Origin: Felis catus
Lineage: Eukaryota
Direction of reading: 5' to 3'
Assembly: GCF_018350175.1 (NCBI RefSeq)
Contig: NC_058368.1
Location: 122,886,001-122,950,000, forward strand
DNA: 64,000 nucleotides
Positions 38,367 to 52,105 of the stretch are shown piece by piece. How positions within the stretch are numbered: the first letter of the stretch is position 1; every line of letters starts with the position of its first letter. Both the position numbers and the translations under genes were made by a program. The notes under the pieces were generated by a model, which saw only the letters and a program-made list of their open reading frames with translations, was not told where the DNA came from and made no database searches.

Positions 38367-38665
38367 GGGGATGCCTGGCTGCCTCGTTGGTAGAGCATGT
38401 GACTACCACCGCATGGAGCCTACTTTGAAAAAACTAATAAAAACTAAAAAATAAAAGCTCTTGGGGCACGTGGGTGGCTCAGTCGGTTGAATGTCTGACT
38501 CTTGATTTAGGCTCAGGTCATGATCTCATGGTTCATGGGTCGTGGGTTCGAGCCCCGCATCAGGCTCTGGGTGGACAATGAGGCGCCTGCTTTGGATTCT
38601 CTCCCTCTCTCTCTGTCCCTCCCCCCCCCCCATTCTCTCAAAATAAATAAATAAACATTAAAAAT
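38367..38665 (+). mobile_element. Short/deleted SINE (38367-38455) followed by CanSINE (38463-38665)
   Basis: ggggatgcctggctg...ggtagagcatgtgact; ggggcacgtgggtggctcagtcgg. Confidence 0.85.
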
Positions 38666-39859
38666 GTATTAAAAACCCTTTTTGGTGTGCTTTTCTTATT
38701 AACCAAGTAATGTATGTTCATTGGGAAAAACCTAGAAAACCTTCAACAAAAAATAAAAAGTAAATTCACCCATATTACTACCACTTAGTATTTTTTATAT
38801 TTTTATATTTCCTTGAGGACTTTTTCTCCATACATATATGAACATATTTTTCAGAGAGACAGTGCTGTTATGTCTACATGTTTACTGAATGTATTCTAAA
38901 CATCTTTCCATGTCATTCACAAAAATTGTTTAATCTGTTAACTGTTTAAAACATTGAAAACACATGCCCTCCACAATGTTCTTTCACCAGTCTTCACTAC
39001 AACCCAACCAGTCGAGGCAATTTTATGCAGTATTACAAACTTCAAGGTTAAATCAAGATGTGTTTCTGTGCCATCTGCAATCCCCTCACCCCTTCCTGCA
39101 TTCTGATTTACTCCTTAGTATTCGGTTTCCCCCTTCTCTCCTTTTTCCTCCTACCTCACTTCCCTTGAGGGGACTGTAGGCTAATGGGGGAAATAAGTCA
39201 GGTCCATAAATAATTGTAATCACTGCCAGAGGCAAATAAAAGGGCAAATAGAAGGCCTTCCGATCTCAGAAGATTCCTTCAACCAGGTTGCAAACACGCC
39301 TACACACACACCTGACAACAAAAGATTTAGAAAACCCTTCTGGACTTGACTTATTTTTTTCTCCTTTCAAGGGGAACAACAAGGAAAAAAAAAAAAGGAG
39401 GTGATGTCCTTTCTCTGTCTTTTTACAGTTGGGAAAAAAAACAAAACAAAAACCACTAACAGTCAGGATGCCTGTTTGCGTCACACAGCTAGTTGGTAGC
39501 TGAACAGAGAGATTAGACTCAAGATTTCTGAATCCCAGGTTTGTGCTTTCACAATGGCACAATGGCTCACCCTAAAAAGTACCTAGAAAATGCTCCCATA
39601 GCAAGACTGTGAGTAAAGAATACTTGCCAAGTCAAGGGATTCTTTTTGTTTTGTTTTTTGTTTTTACAACAGCAAAACATGTCTTGAGAAATGGAAGGGA
39701 ATGAAAAAGATAATCCTTTCATTTGGTTTTTTTCTTTCAAATAGAGCTATATTCATACCTTGATTAAAATATCACACAAATGCAAATTTGCTTCCAACAT
39801 GCCGCCCCCCCGCAAAAGAAATATCTAGAAAGTGATTTTCTGAATGTGCAAGAGCAAAT

Positions 39860-39945
39860 AATTTTTTTAACTTTTTTTAATGTTTACTTATTTTTTTTTA
39901 ATATATGAAATTTATTGTCAAATTGGTTTCCATACAACACCCAAT
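39860..39945 (-). mobile_element. Ultra-short L1_Fc-like 3' end insertion
   Basis: atatatgaaatttattgtcaaattggtttccatacaacaccca matches 7628-7670; TSD TGCAAGAGCAAAT at 39847-39859 and 39946-39958. Confidence 0.9.
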
Positions 39946-41492
39946 TGCAAGAGCAAATCATTTTGCACGACAGAGAATGTTCCTGCCTTGGGGGTCTACT
40001 TACCACACTCATAATGTTGAAAGAGACCTTAAATATAATCTAATATAACCCTTTAAATAAACTAGAAACCTTCTCAATAATACCTCTGTCAATAAGTCAT
40101 TCACCTTATGCTTGAACATTAGCAATTAATGCATGCAGCATCTGGCTGAAATCAAGAAAAAGTAAACACAGTGCCTTTATGTACTGGACTAATTAGTCCA
40201 GCAGCATACCAAATTATATGTCTTTTTAGCTGTATGGCTTAGATTTAATGAGTTGTTTGCTAAATTAAATGTCAACATCTTTCTGTAACACTCATACACA
40301 TACACACACACTTGTACACCATGAAAGAGGAAAATAATCAAAAGTCAATATTCCTGTATTATCTTGGGAAGCAATGATATGACACATGACTGACAGAAAA
40401 CATGATAGGCAGTCACAGACTCATAAACATACAGGTTTCTGGCTAGAATAGTCCTTCTTGTACATAATCTAGCCCAAGACTTTCCTTTTACTTAAAGGGA
40501 AATCAAGAGTTTAAGAGATTTTCCAGGGTTTTATAGGTTTCTGCCTCAGTGGCATTTGACAACACACACAGAGGAAGGGAATTTATAGATTATTTAATAT
40601 GGAGGTTGTAGTAGTAATAATCATAGTTCAAAAAAGGAAAAACACCAAAGTGAAGGCAGGCAAATCAGGATCAATACTCTCATCAAATACTCAATGACCT
40701 TTTCCCTCTGGATTTATATTTTTCCTTATTGTTTAGGTTGCTTTTTATGCATTAAATACAGAAAAAAAAATAATGAAAGAGTCCCTTAACTGTAACTGGA
40801 ATCAATGTATCTAACATGTTTTCCAATACTTACTGTTTATATCGCCTCATTAGATTAACATACTAGGAAGGGTTCAAAAAGGAAAAAAAAAAAAAAAACT
40901 TTAGAAAGCCATTCATAATTTTCTCTTCAGGATTTAACAGTTATTCCTTACTTAAGTTTTACAGTGTGTTTTCTAATACACCCCAAGTGATAAAAGTTCA
41001 ATTATGCTGAAATTCAGAGCCCAGGAAAACAAACAAAAACATTTGCTGCAAAGTGCTTTATGTGGATTTGTTTTGCTTTATTTTGAAAATCCATATTCTC
41101 ATTATTCTCTGAAAATGAAGGCCAGTAGTGGCTTGATTTCATGTCACTGTAACATTCTTTTTTAACTTTAAGAAAAAGGCAGATTATGATGCCCCCTCCC
41201 CGGTCCCCCACTTCCAGGTACAGAAACTCAATCTTCATGAATTTACTGTCTTTCTTCATTCGTGTTCTTTGATTGATGTTGTTAACCAAGTTTTCCTGTA
41301 TACATGTTCACATGTTTGATAATGTGAACATTTGCAAATGTTCTTATGTTCTGATAAAGGTCACAGGGTCTCTTGGCATGATATGATTTGATTCGATTTG
41401 ATTTTTCTCTATTTATTTTTTCTGTATTTTGCCCTTGTAATTTTTAGTTTAATTTGTCTCTTAATTCTTAGTTCACTTATCATCTCTGCTTT

Positions 41493-41720
41493 TTTTTTTT
41501 TTAATTTTTTTTTTCAACGTTTATTTATTTTTGGGACAGAGAGAGACAGAGCATGAACGGGGGAGGGGCAGAGAGAGAGGGAGACACAGAATCGGAAACA
41601 GGCTCCAGGCTCTGAGCCATCATCAGCCCAGAGCCTGACGCCGGGCTCGAACTCCCGGACCGCGAGATCGTGACCTGGCTGAAGTCGGATGCTCAACCGA
41701 CTGCGCCACCCAGGCGCCCC
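41493..41720 (-). mobile_element. Young felid CanSINE (SINEC_Fc-like)
   Basis: TSD atcatctctgcttt at 41479-41492 and 41722-41735. Confidence 0.96.
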
Positions 41721-43069
41721 GATCATCTCTGCTTTAAGTTATTCGCATTGCACCTTATGTTATGCGGCTTTTCGCTTGTGTCCTCAAATATTAACCTTAA
41801 AGCAAATATTTTCAATAACAATGAAGACAGATGAAAATATGAATAAAAAATAAAAATCTTTACACAAATCTTTTTCTTCTAACTGTAATCCTCTCTCTTA
41901 TGTCCTATTTTAAAAATTAGTAGTCTGTCCCCACTTTCTCCATATATTTACCAGTTGATCTTTTACTTCCTTTGCTCTAATCTCATAGAATTATTCTCCA
42001 GAGTTTAGAGATTTTAAGGTAACAATGACCTTCTAAAGGATGAATTCAAGGAGAATTTGGTAGTCATAATTCTTCTCCAGGTCTCTAATACTTTTGATCA
42101 TACAGGATTTTCTTTCTTTCCAAAAATGATCTGCTTCCAAGATTTCTAAGTTTCTAAAGTGATCTGGTTTTCTTACCCACTTTCTTTTTTTTTTTTATCT
42201 TTTGCTGCTTGCCCCAAATATGGAATCTATAAGTGACCCTCAAATATATGTTATCTATCAAAATTCTTTGAGAGATCTCAACCCACAAAACCTGCCTTTA
42301 CAATGCCTGCCCTAAATCCTAAGCAGGTTCTGTGGCATTTTTTTGTATCTCACCATTTGTATAAAAACCATTGTTGGGACATCCTTGAAACCCTGAGACA
42401 TAATGAATATGAAACAAATGTAGGTATAGTCAAATGACTAAATTCTTGGCATGATTTTAGTGTCTAAGTGCTTACTGCTTTGCTATACCTTTAAGAATGA
42501 ATCTTACTCATCTTTGTAGATTTCCCACTCTCTACTCCTCCACACATACCCGTAACTTAGAGAACCCATCATAGGTGTTAGAATTATCTTCAAACTTAAT
42601 TTTTTCTTTGTATTAAAATCAGGACCACAAATTGAAAGACTACTCATTTGCATTTGGTATGAAGAAAATATTAAACTTCTGTTTTAATTCAAAATGTTCA
42701 AATATACTCCTGGTTTTTCAATGAACAGGTTTCGCAGGTGATGTCAGAAAGAAAACTAGATAACCTTTGGTTAATAATTCACATAAGAAAAAGATATTTG
42801 AGTTATCTTAGGATTCATCACTGAGATGGGTTTGGTCAGATAAAATTAAAATATACAATGTAAGGTACAGTATTGCAGTGTGTAGCATACGACAGGAAGT
42901 AGGCACTACAAAATCATTCACATTCTGTTTTTATTTCTTCAGTAAAACAAAATTCAATTTAGCTTAAGTAAGACTCCGTATCTTGATGGCAAAGGTTAAA
43001 GTATTCAATTTTTTTTTCAGGCCATGTCCTCTGGTAGCTGAATGGGAAAGCCATACCATCAATATATAC

Positions 43070-43690
<621 letters not shown>

Positions 43691-43832
43691 CTTCAGCTAT
43701 AACATACTATCATGATATTAGCCACATTTTATGGTTAATGCTTTGAGCTGTCTTCCCTACTATTCTATAAGCCTTTTGAGAATAGGACCTTGATTTTTAT
43801 CCCATATACCTAATATAAAGACAAGTACTTAG

Positions 43833-44036
43833 AGTGGTGCCTGGGTGGCTTGGTTGGTTGAATGCCCGACTCTTGATTTGGGTTCAGGTCATGATCTCAT
43901 GGTTGTGGGATTGAACCCCATGTCGGGCTCCATGCTGAGTGTGGAGCCTACTTGAGATTCTCTCTCTCCCTCTCTCTGCCCATCCCTTGCTTGTGCTCTC
44001 ACTCTCAAAATAAATAAATAAACATTAAAAAAAAAA
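43833..44036 (+). mobile_element. CanSINE
   Basis: gtgcctgggtggct head, aataaataaataaacattaaaa tail. Confidence 0.92.
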
Positions 44037-46109
44037 GACTAGTTAGAAACTATTCAGTCAACCATCTGTTAGTTGATCATCTCTCTCTCTCTCTTAGATT
44101 CAACTAAAAAGGCAAGAAGAAGATACAACAGTACCTACCTCAAGGTGTCACACTTGTCAAGTGTTCAAAACTTCACCCAGCACATGGCAAGTGCTATTTC
44201 AGTACTGCCCTACTGTACAGCTTTGGAGGTGTCCTTCACATAGTCCTCCCCAGAGCTGTGCAACTCCAGACCTCATCCTCAAAGTGGGAACAGCCACCAT
44301 CCTCCTCATCAGGCCCCCAAACAGAAAGACTTCACTTCATCTAAACTGCAGAAAGAGCAGCAAAAGTGTAAGCAGATCCTTCATGTTGGGGATAACTGTG
44401 CCTGCCTCCTCAAGGGAAAATGGGAAATTTTTTTAAAACTGGGTATGGATTTTTGTCCTCTCATCCAATAATCCTTGTTTAAGGTTTTCAATAAGAATGA
44501 GTTATGACTGAATCACATGGAGTTAAGCTTGGAGTTCTGTCCTATTAATACTGAATGCAGTAACTACTGTGAACTAAAACCACTCAAGGCTGTGACAATA
44601 AGATGATGAATATCCAAGTGAAAACTGAAAATTTTAGTTTTTTTTTTTTTTAAATAGGTATTTGGCACACAGAGTATCAATTTTATCAGTTACATCATTG
44701 GATTTTCAAACTATCTTGTGACAGAATCTTCTTCTCAAAATTTTAGTAGGAGGACACGGAATGAGTCTTTTGTGTGAAGAGCCTGTATGCTGTCCTCTTA
44801 GCCATTTCCTTCTCTCTATGGCTCACCGGAAACACACTGTGTACACCAATGTGGAATCTTTCACCCAAGCACAACAAACCTTCCATCTTCCAGAAGACCT
44901 GCAGTCACTTCAGATACTTAAATATCAGGTTTATGGATGATTTACCAATTCTGATGACAAAATCTGTCATTTAAAAATATACTCACATTTTGCTAATTAA
45001 ATACATAAAATACATTTTAGCAAATTTGGAAATCATAAAAAAAAAAAAAACCCAAAAACTCAATGAAGAAATTTTTCACAAAGTCACCACCCAGAATTAG
45101 TTCTTGTTAATATTTTGAGTTATGCTATTTTGGTCTTTTTAAAAACATATATATGTTTGTGTAATTTTTTCTCTTTTCACAAAGTTGAGATTAAATTCCA
45201 TCTTTTGATTTTTGAGCTTTTAACTTAAAAGACATACCTTACATATCGTCCTGTGTTACTAAACCTTTTTCTACAACATAAACCTTTTTTGAAGGGTCTC
45301 ACTGTATTCCACAGGTGTGACAGGTCACAATTATTTTATCATACATCTCTGATCTATACAGAGATAGATAAATCAAGTTTCAGTGTTTTCTCACCCAAAG
45401 ATATCCTTGTCAAAACTCCTGCTATTCACTATAAGCAAAAATTGAAACGAAAAAAGTCTTAAGTTGCATGAATTTGGTTCCGCGGAAATTATAAGAGCAC
45501 AGAAACTGTATTGTTCACAACATTAAGTGCTAGGATTTGTGCTGCTCATTCTGTTTTGCACTTGGGGATTTTTTTTTCAGAGATGACATTTCTGTAAAAC
45601 TGCTCTCTGAATCTCTTTAGAGAAAAAGAAAATGTTCATAGTTTACAGAACTGTGGAAAACACAGCATAAGATGTTTTCTTGCTTCTTTATTACTTGAAA
45701 AAAGTAGGAAGAAAACCTAGGTAGTTTTCTGTTATTAAAATATATTAAATGCCTATTTAAAACTTGGCTTTAAAAAGAGAACCCCCGATTATATTGTACA
45801 AATACACATAACTCATGCATGATCAAGTAGTTACTTAAACAAAGACTCTCCAAAAGGTTTATAATAGAACTGGGATTCATTCAGACCCTTCCTTGTTTTC
45901 TTTCTTCTCTGAGGAAACTGGTTATATGGGCCTTGCTCTTGAATGTACATTTTCACACATTGCCACTATCCTTTCTTTGGCAAGAAGTGAGTCTTGATTA
46001 ATGTTAAACAATAATAATAACATTAAAAACGTATCTGCCTTTCTCTTCATTTACTTTAATTTTCAGGAGTACAATCAAATTTTCATTACAGAAGGGAAGT
46101 AATTAGCAT

Positions 46110-46330
46110 ATTAGTTAAGAACGACTTGGGAGTCCAGCGCACTTGATTTCAGAGTTTGCTTCCATCGCTCGCAGATAATTTGGAGAAAGTATTACGTTGC
46201 TTTACCTCCATAAACCCTAGTTTCATCATGCATAAAATAAGAATACTACTACCTTCTTCAAAGTGTGCTGGTACAAGGTATGCAATGACCTTAGTGCAAT
46301 GCTTGGCATCTAGACAAAGTAGTAAAACAA
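46110..46330 (+). mobile_element. MIR
   Basis: agtttcatcatgcataaaataagaatactactacct...cttagtgcaatgcttggca. Confidence 0.7.
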
Positions 46331-47731
46331 AACCCAACAGCAACAACTGACATGAATGTCGAATATGTTTTGACTGCATTTTTTTAGACATTTTTAAACC
46401 TAAATTTAGTCTAAAGAGTAGATTGATATACCTCAATAATCTCTATTTATTAATGGAAGCATTAATACATTTGGCTCATCAAATGAAAGATACACCTCAG
46501 GAGGGGAAAGATAGGATTCAATACTGATTCAAAACCATCCTCATCAGCATATGCATCAATAGTTTAGGCTTAAAAAAAGTAGGCTAGGTTTATTAGCTAG
46601 AAGCCATGGAGGTCACCTCACAAAGACAGAGACTTGGGCTGGTGACCACGGTGCTGGCTATACGTTCCATGTAAGTGTTATATGTGCTACCATTCTATTC
46701 AATTTGGCCTTTTCTCCTTGTGAAAACAGAGGTTCCTTTTGGACAGGGATCAAAGCTCTTGGTTTATCTAGTTGTTCCCATATACAGACATACACACCTA
46801 GATTATACGTGAAAAGAAGGAGCTGGGAGGAAGAACCAAAAGACCTAACTTACCTTAGCACCTGACTTAAGGCTTAGAGGCCAGTTCAGATCATGTCATA
46901 AGTTTTTGGCCCTGATCCACATCACTGATGGATTGTTTGATTGTTTGGGGGCAGGATCTTATAGAAAAACAATGCTTAAGTAAAGAAATCTAGATTTAAG
47001 TTCCATACCTTTCAATTAGCAGTTAGGTGATGCTAACTAAACACAGGTAGACACTCTGAACTTTACTCTGAGGATGATTATAAACAACACAACATAATGT
47101 AAAATAATACAATATAACATACCATATGTGAGACTTTATCAAAAGTTCTTTATAACTTGTACTAAGTTATTAAAGTATTAAATACAAATCAATTGTGAAA
47201 AAATGTCTTAGCTTACTAATTATAAAAAAGATAAATAATTGATGGGGCATAAAAAGAAACACTTGAAGTTGCAAATTATCATTGTGTCATTGTGATTGCC
47301 CCAAAAACAGATCAACAGCTTTAAAGTTCATGCAGACAGTTCATTTTTATCAAATTCTTATCTGCTGGGTCATTCTTTATCTTCAATTTCAGCTTTCATA
47401 TTAATGAAATCTGGATGTTTCCCTGAAGAACAAAATCCATGTTTTACTGGGAAATAACACGGAGTAATGAAATGAAAATGGGCCAAACGGGAGTTAAAAC
47501 CCCAACTGTGTCAAGTGCAAAAGAGTTAAAGCAAATGAGTTGAGGGGACAGAAGGGGGGTGGTCAATGCAGCACACACACACCTGCAGAGCACGGTACCC
47601 ACTCAGAAGAGTGCCCATTAGCAAACTCACATATGTTTGCCATGAGGGGATGTGGGCCTAGTGAGGCCAGATTTTCTCATTTGCTAAGAAGAAGCAGATA
47701 CTCAGGTGTGTTATAAAATGTCAAAATTATA

Positions 47732-47948
47732 GGGGTGCCTGGGTGGCTCATTCAGTTAAGTGTCCAACTTCGGCTCAGGTCATGATCTTGCAGTCCATGA
47801 GTTTCAAGCCCGACGTCAGGCTCTGTGCTGACTGCTCAGAGCCTGGAGCCTGCTTCAGAGTCTGTGTCTTCTTCTCTCTATGTCCCTCCCCCACTTGTGC
47901 TCTCTTTTTCTCTCTCAAAAATAAATAAACATTAAAAATTTGTTTTTA
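47732..47948 (+). mobile_element. CanSINE
   Basis: TSD aatgtcaaaattata / aatgttaaaattata. Confidence 0.93.
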
Positions 47949-48109
47949 ATGTTAAAATTATAAAATTTGGGGATAAAAGTGTGTTTTAAAAACCTCTGTG
48001 CTGGAGGCATAGACAGTTTACAAACGCTTAACACACGTTTACAAACACTTCCCTGAGCTGGGTCTAGTCCACAAGGCTCCAGATTTGAACTACTGTGCTA
48101 AAAAATTGG

Positions 48110-48300
48110 ATAAATCTTACTTCAATCTCAGCTCTAAACTCACTAACCGAATGGCTTTGGTTAAGAAATTTAACCTCGCCAAGCTCCATTTTCCTCTTGC
48201 AAAGTGGGAAGAGCAATGTCTCTGTTGTGAGGATTGCAAAAACGGACATGGATGAAAACAGTCTAGTAGATACAGAATAGGTACTCAAAGAATATTGCTG
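48110..48300 (+). mobile_element. MIR
   Basis: ttcaatctcagctct...ctttggttaagaaatttaacctc...ttgtgaggatt. Confidence 0.65.
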
Positions 48301-49349
48301 CTTTTCTTTTTGCGGATGACTTAGAGAAAATAAGTTGTTCTATTTTCTTCTTTTCATACTTGTTATACTCAGAGCATGTCAGATATCCTTGTTATTAACA
48401 GGGTCAGGATTATCCCATTCATTGTTGGAATAAATTGTTTTACTTGAATTATAAATAAAATTGTAAATGATGGATGTCCCTAATTCTTGTAAAGAATAGA
48501 GACAAGTCAGCATCAAGTCTGAAAATTTTGCAGATTGACTCAAGGGAGAGTGCTTCTTTGCAAAATGACAATCTCCTAAACAAAATGCTTTTCCACTATT
48601 TCATCAGCTACTCTCTGTCATAAAGATCCTTTTGTTAGTCAAACAGCATTTAAGGACATCAAGAATGTAGTAAGTGATGATACCATATGAACTAAGAATG
48701 GATCAATTCTGCTTAGATTACAGCTAACAATACAGCCAAAGATCGATGTTTCAAAGCAAGACGATTATATAAAACAAATTTAGACAGTAAATGTTTTCCA
48801 ACTATACAAATGTTATTGAAAGTTCAGTAAGAGATGACCAGTGACTGACTAGAAATATTAATCTTATCTCTTTACTACCTTTCAGGGGCCCAGGCTGAAC
48901 CATTTAGGTTTGATTTCAAAAAGTAAAAACAACATGAAAAAAAAATATATAAAATCACATATTAAATGAGATGGGACAGTATGTGTAGTCAAACCTGTTC
49001 AGACAAGAGCATTAGTATGAATCAGGCATCTTTAAGCATACATTTAGAGATTGGGTTCATTCAAATCTATGGGGGATAAAAGCCTAACAGTCACACAGTG
49101 GTGAAGAAATCAATTTCCTTTATAGCAGGCTATTTTCCTTTTTCTTGTTTCAGAGCATAGCACTGCACCCTGTGGATCCCCAAATGTGGATAACCTACCT
49201 AAGAGAACAAGATGGCCAAACTGTTCCTTCTATGAAAAAGTAACTAGGGTAAGAAGTTCCTTGCTACTTCATTTTTTAAAAGCTAGGGTTTATTTTTAAT
49301 GATGGCCGATGTTTTAAGCATCTGGCTCAAAACACTGTAAATGTGAGAA

Positions 49350-49547
49350 TTGCCTGGGTGGCTCAGTTGGTTAAGCATCTGACTCTTGATTTTGGCTCAG
49401 ATCATGATCTCACAGTTTCATGAGTTCAAGCCCGGTGTCTGGCTCTGAACTGACAGTGTAGAGCCTGCCTGAGATTCTCTCTCTCTCTGCCCCTCCCCTG
49501 CTCACCCTCTCTCTTTCTCAAAAATAAATAAATTAAAAAAATTTTTT
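49350..49547 (+). mobile_element. CanSINE
   Basis: TSD aaaacactgtaaat / aaaacactataaat. Confidence 0.92.
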
Positions 49548-50063
49548 AAAACACTATAAATTCTAAACTTTGTAGATGCTTTTATTCAATGAAATGTTTT
49601 AAAAATAAAAAATCATACTTCAAATGTTTTCCTTAATAAATCAAAATCATCTATTTTCTAAAATATAAAATTTATCTCATGGTTCAATACACTTAAATTC
49701 CTTGTCAAGAGATAAGAGAGACAAAGAATGAACCCGTGAGGTAAGAGTAATTCTTTCCCCTGGATCTAGGTAACTGGAGCAGAGCAGATGATGGAGAAAC
49801 CCCAATAATTCCAGAGTACCCATCTTCATAATCTGAATTATCTAGGAAATTCATAAGAAACCACATTTGGGATCTAGAGTATCTGCAAAACACCTAACTC
49901 CTTCTCTCTGTCTTGTCAATGCCGATAAACAGAATTTTGAGAATTCTCATGAGAATTCAGGGTGTTCATTTTTGTACCACCTCCAGGTTGGTGATTGTTA
50001 TATAAAAAATTATTGTCAGTTGTCTAATGGGTTTTTTGGTAGAATGACACCATGTCATGGATT

Positions 50064-50279
50064 TAAAAAAAAAATTTAATGTTTATTTATTTTTGAGAGA
50101 GAGAGAGAGACAGAGCATGAGCAGGCAAGGGGAAAAATCGAGGAGACACAGAATCCAAAGCAGGCTCCAGGCTATGAGCTGTCAGCACAGAGCCTGATGT
50201 GGGGCTTGAACTCATGAACTGTAAGATCATACGTGAGCTAAAGTCAGACACTCAACCAACTGAGACACCCAGGCGCCCC
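50064..50279 (-). mobile_element. CanSINE
   Basis: ends acccaggcgcccc; aatgtttatttattttt tail. Confidence 0.93.
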
Positions 50280-51411
50280 ACCATATTGCGGGTTTTTAAG
50301 AATGGTACTCATTCAAAGTATTTTTTTCTAGTTGTTTTCCTCAGTATGTTCCATTTAAAAAAAAAAAAAAGACTTTTGTTCTGGAAAATATGTTCAAAGT
50401 AGGTATATCTGACCTATGAGTAGTTTATGGGAGACATAATGTGGATCAGTAATGATTACAGAGTACGAGCTCAGTTTATTTTTGGAAGGTAACCTCTCTC
50501 CATGAAATGCTGCACAGGAAAGAACCAGATAAGGAATGCGGGAAAGAAACATTTGCTTGGTTTACATTTTCATTGTAGTTATACTGGTAGCATTTTCCAG
50601 GGGAATATTTCCAGTGTGGAACAGAAGTCATGAGGAAAATATCACCCTTTTTCTTTGGCACATGCTTGCAAAGTTTTTTTAGAGTCCCAGTGATTTCAGC
50701 AAATTTCCTCCTTGAAAATAATACCAGGGACTTGTTTTCTGACAGAGATTGTCAACTAAACTTAGTCAGACTCTTGGTTTTCTAAGTATATTTTTGCTGC
50801 AGTAGGCTCCGGAATTTCAAGCACTGCAGTAAATGATCTTGATTTAGATGTCAAGCAAAGAAAGGGAACAAAGACTTCTACCTCATCCTTAAGTTCCAGA
50901 ATTTCCATGAAGGCAAGATGCCACCTTAATTTATCTTTTCAGTAAGGATATTACTTTCATTTCTGTTTAGTCTTAATTTCTGGATACAGATATGAAGGGA
51001 TGATTTGTTTATGATTAGCGAATTTAGTAGAGTGGATTTCCAGAATAGCAAAATAGCTGAGTGTGGATCATGTAATTTGATGCTAATAATAATTAAATTA
51101 TTAATTTATTTTAATAAATTACAATGAATCCAAAGGTATTTGCCTACTGGTGTCATCATTTGACTTGCAATTCAGTTTTGAAAGGAAATAAAAGGAGCCA
51201 CAGAAATGTTCACGGCTTTTCTTTTTGATGTCATAGCATGTAGTGAACAACTCTTAATTACAGATTTTTAAAGCATTGTGATTTATTGCCTTTAATGATT
51301 TGGTTTTCCTTTATCGAAACCTTAAAATCCTGAGAATATCACAAAAAGAATACAATCCACTTTGTTTTTGCACCAAAATAAAAGAATGATAATCACAGCT
51401 ATTCCACAATC

Positions 51412-51615
51412 TTTTTTTTAACATTTATTTATTTTTGAGAGAGCGTGAACGTATGCGCACACGCAAGAGGGAGAGGGACAGAAAGTGAGAGGGACAGAGG
51501 ATTTGAAGCCAGTTCCATGCTAACAGCAGAGAGCCTGATGTGAGGCTTGAACTCATGAACTGGGAGACCATGATCTGAGCTGGATGCTTAAACAACTGAG
51601 CTACCCAGGTGCCCC
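51412..51615 (-). mobile_element. CanSINE
   Basis: tgagctacccaggtgcccc head on minus. Confidence 0.9.
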
Positions 51616-51878
51616 AACAGTTTCATTTTCTGCCCTCATAGAACTTCAAATCTACTGAAGGGTATGGAAAATCAAGTAAGCAAATAGATAGCTCTGTAAT
51701 TACAACTTTGATAAATGCTATGAAGGAAAACCATGGGGTACAGAGAACAGAAATATACTTAAGAAAATCTCTCCAAGGAGTTATATTTAAAGCTCAAACT
51801 TCAAGTATAAGGAGATTCCAACCATTCATATTTTAAACGAGCCAGATGATTCAGCTTTCATTTAACAACCATAATACA

Positions 51879-52105
51879 GGGGCACCTGGGTGGCTCAGTA
51901 GGTTAAGCAACCAACTCTCAGTTTTGGCTCAGGTCATGATCTCACAGTTTCATGAGTTTGAGCCCCACGTCAAGCTCTGTGCTAACAGTGTGGGGCCTGC
52001 TTGGGATTCTCTCTCTCCCTCTCCCCCCCACCCCTCCCCACTCATGCTATCTCTGCCTCTCTCAAAATAAATAAATAAAACTTTAAAAAAATTAAAAAAA
52101 AATAA
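51879..52105 (+). mobile_element. CanSINE
   Basis: ggggcacctgggtggctcag head; TSD-like aaccata..aca. Confidence 0.92.

Noticed and set aside
49705..49893. Possible minus-strand coding exon (DNSDYEDGYSG...)
   Set aside because: A TAG acceptor-like site exists but there is no convincing donor or recognisable homology.
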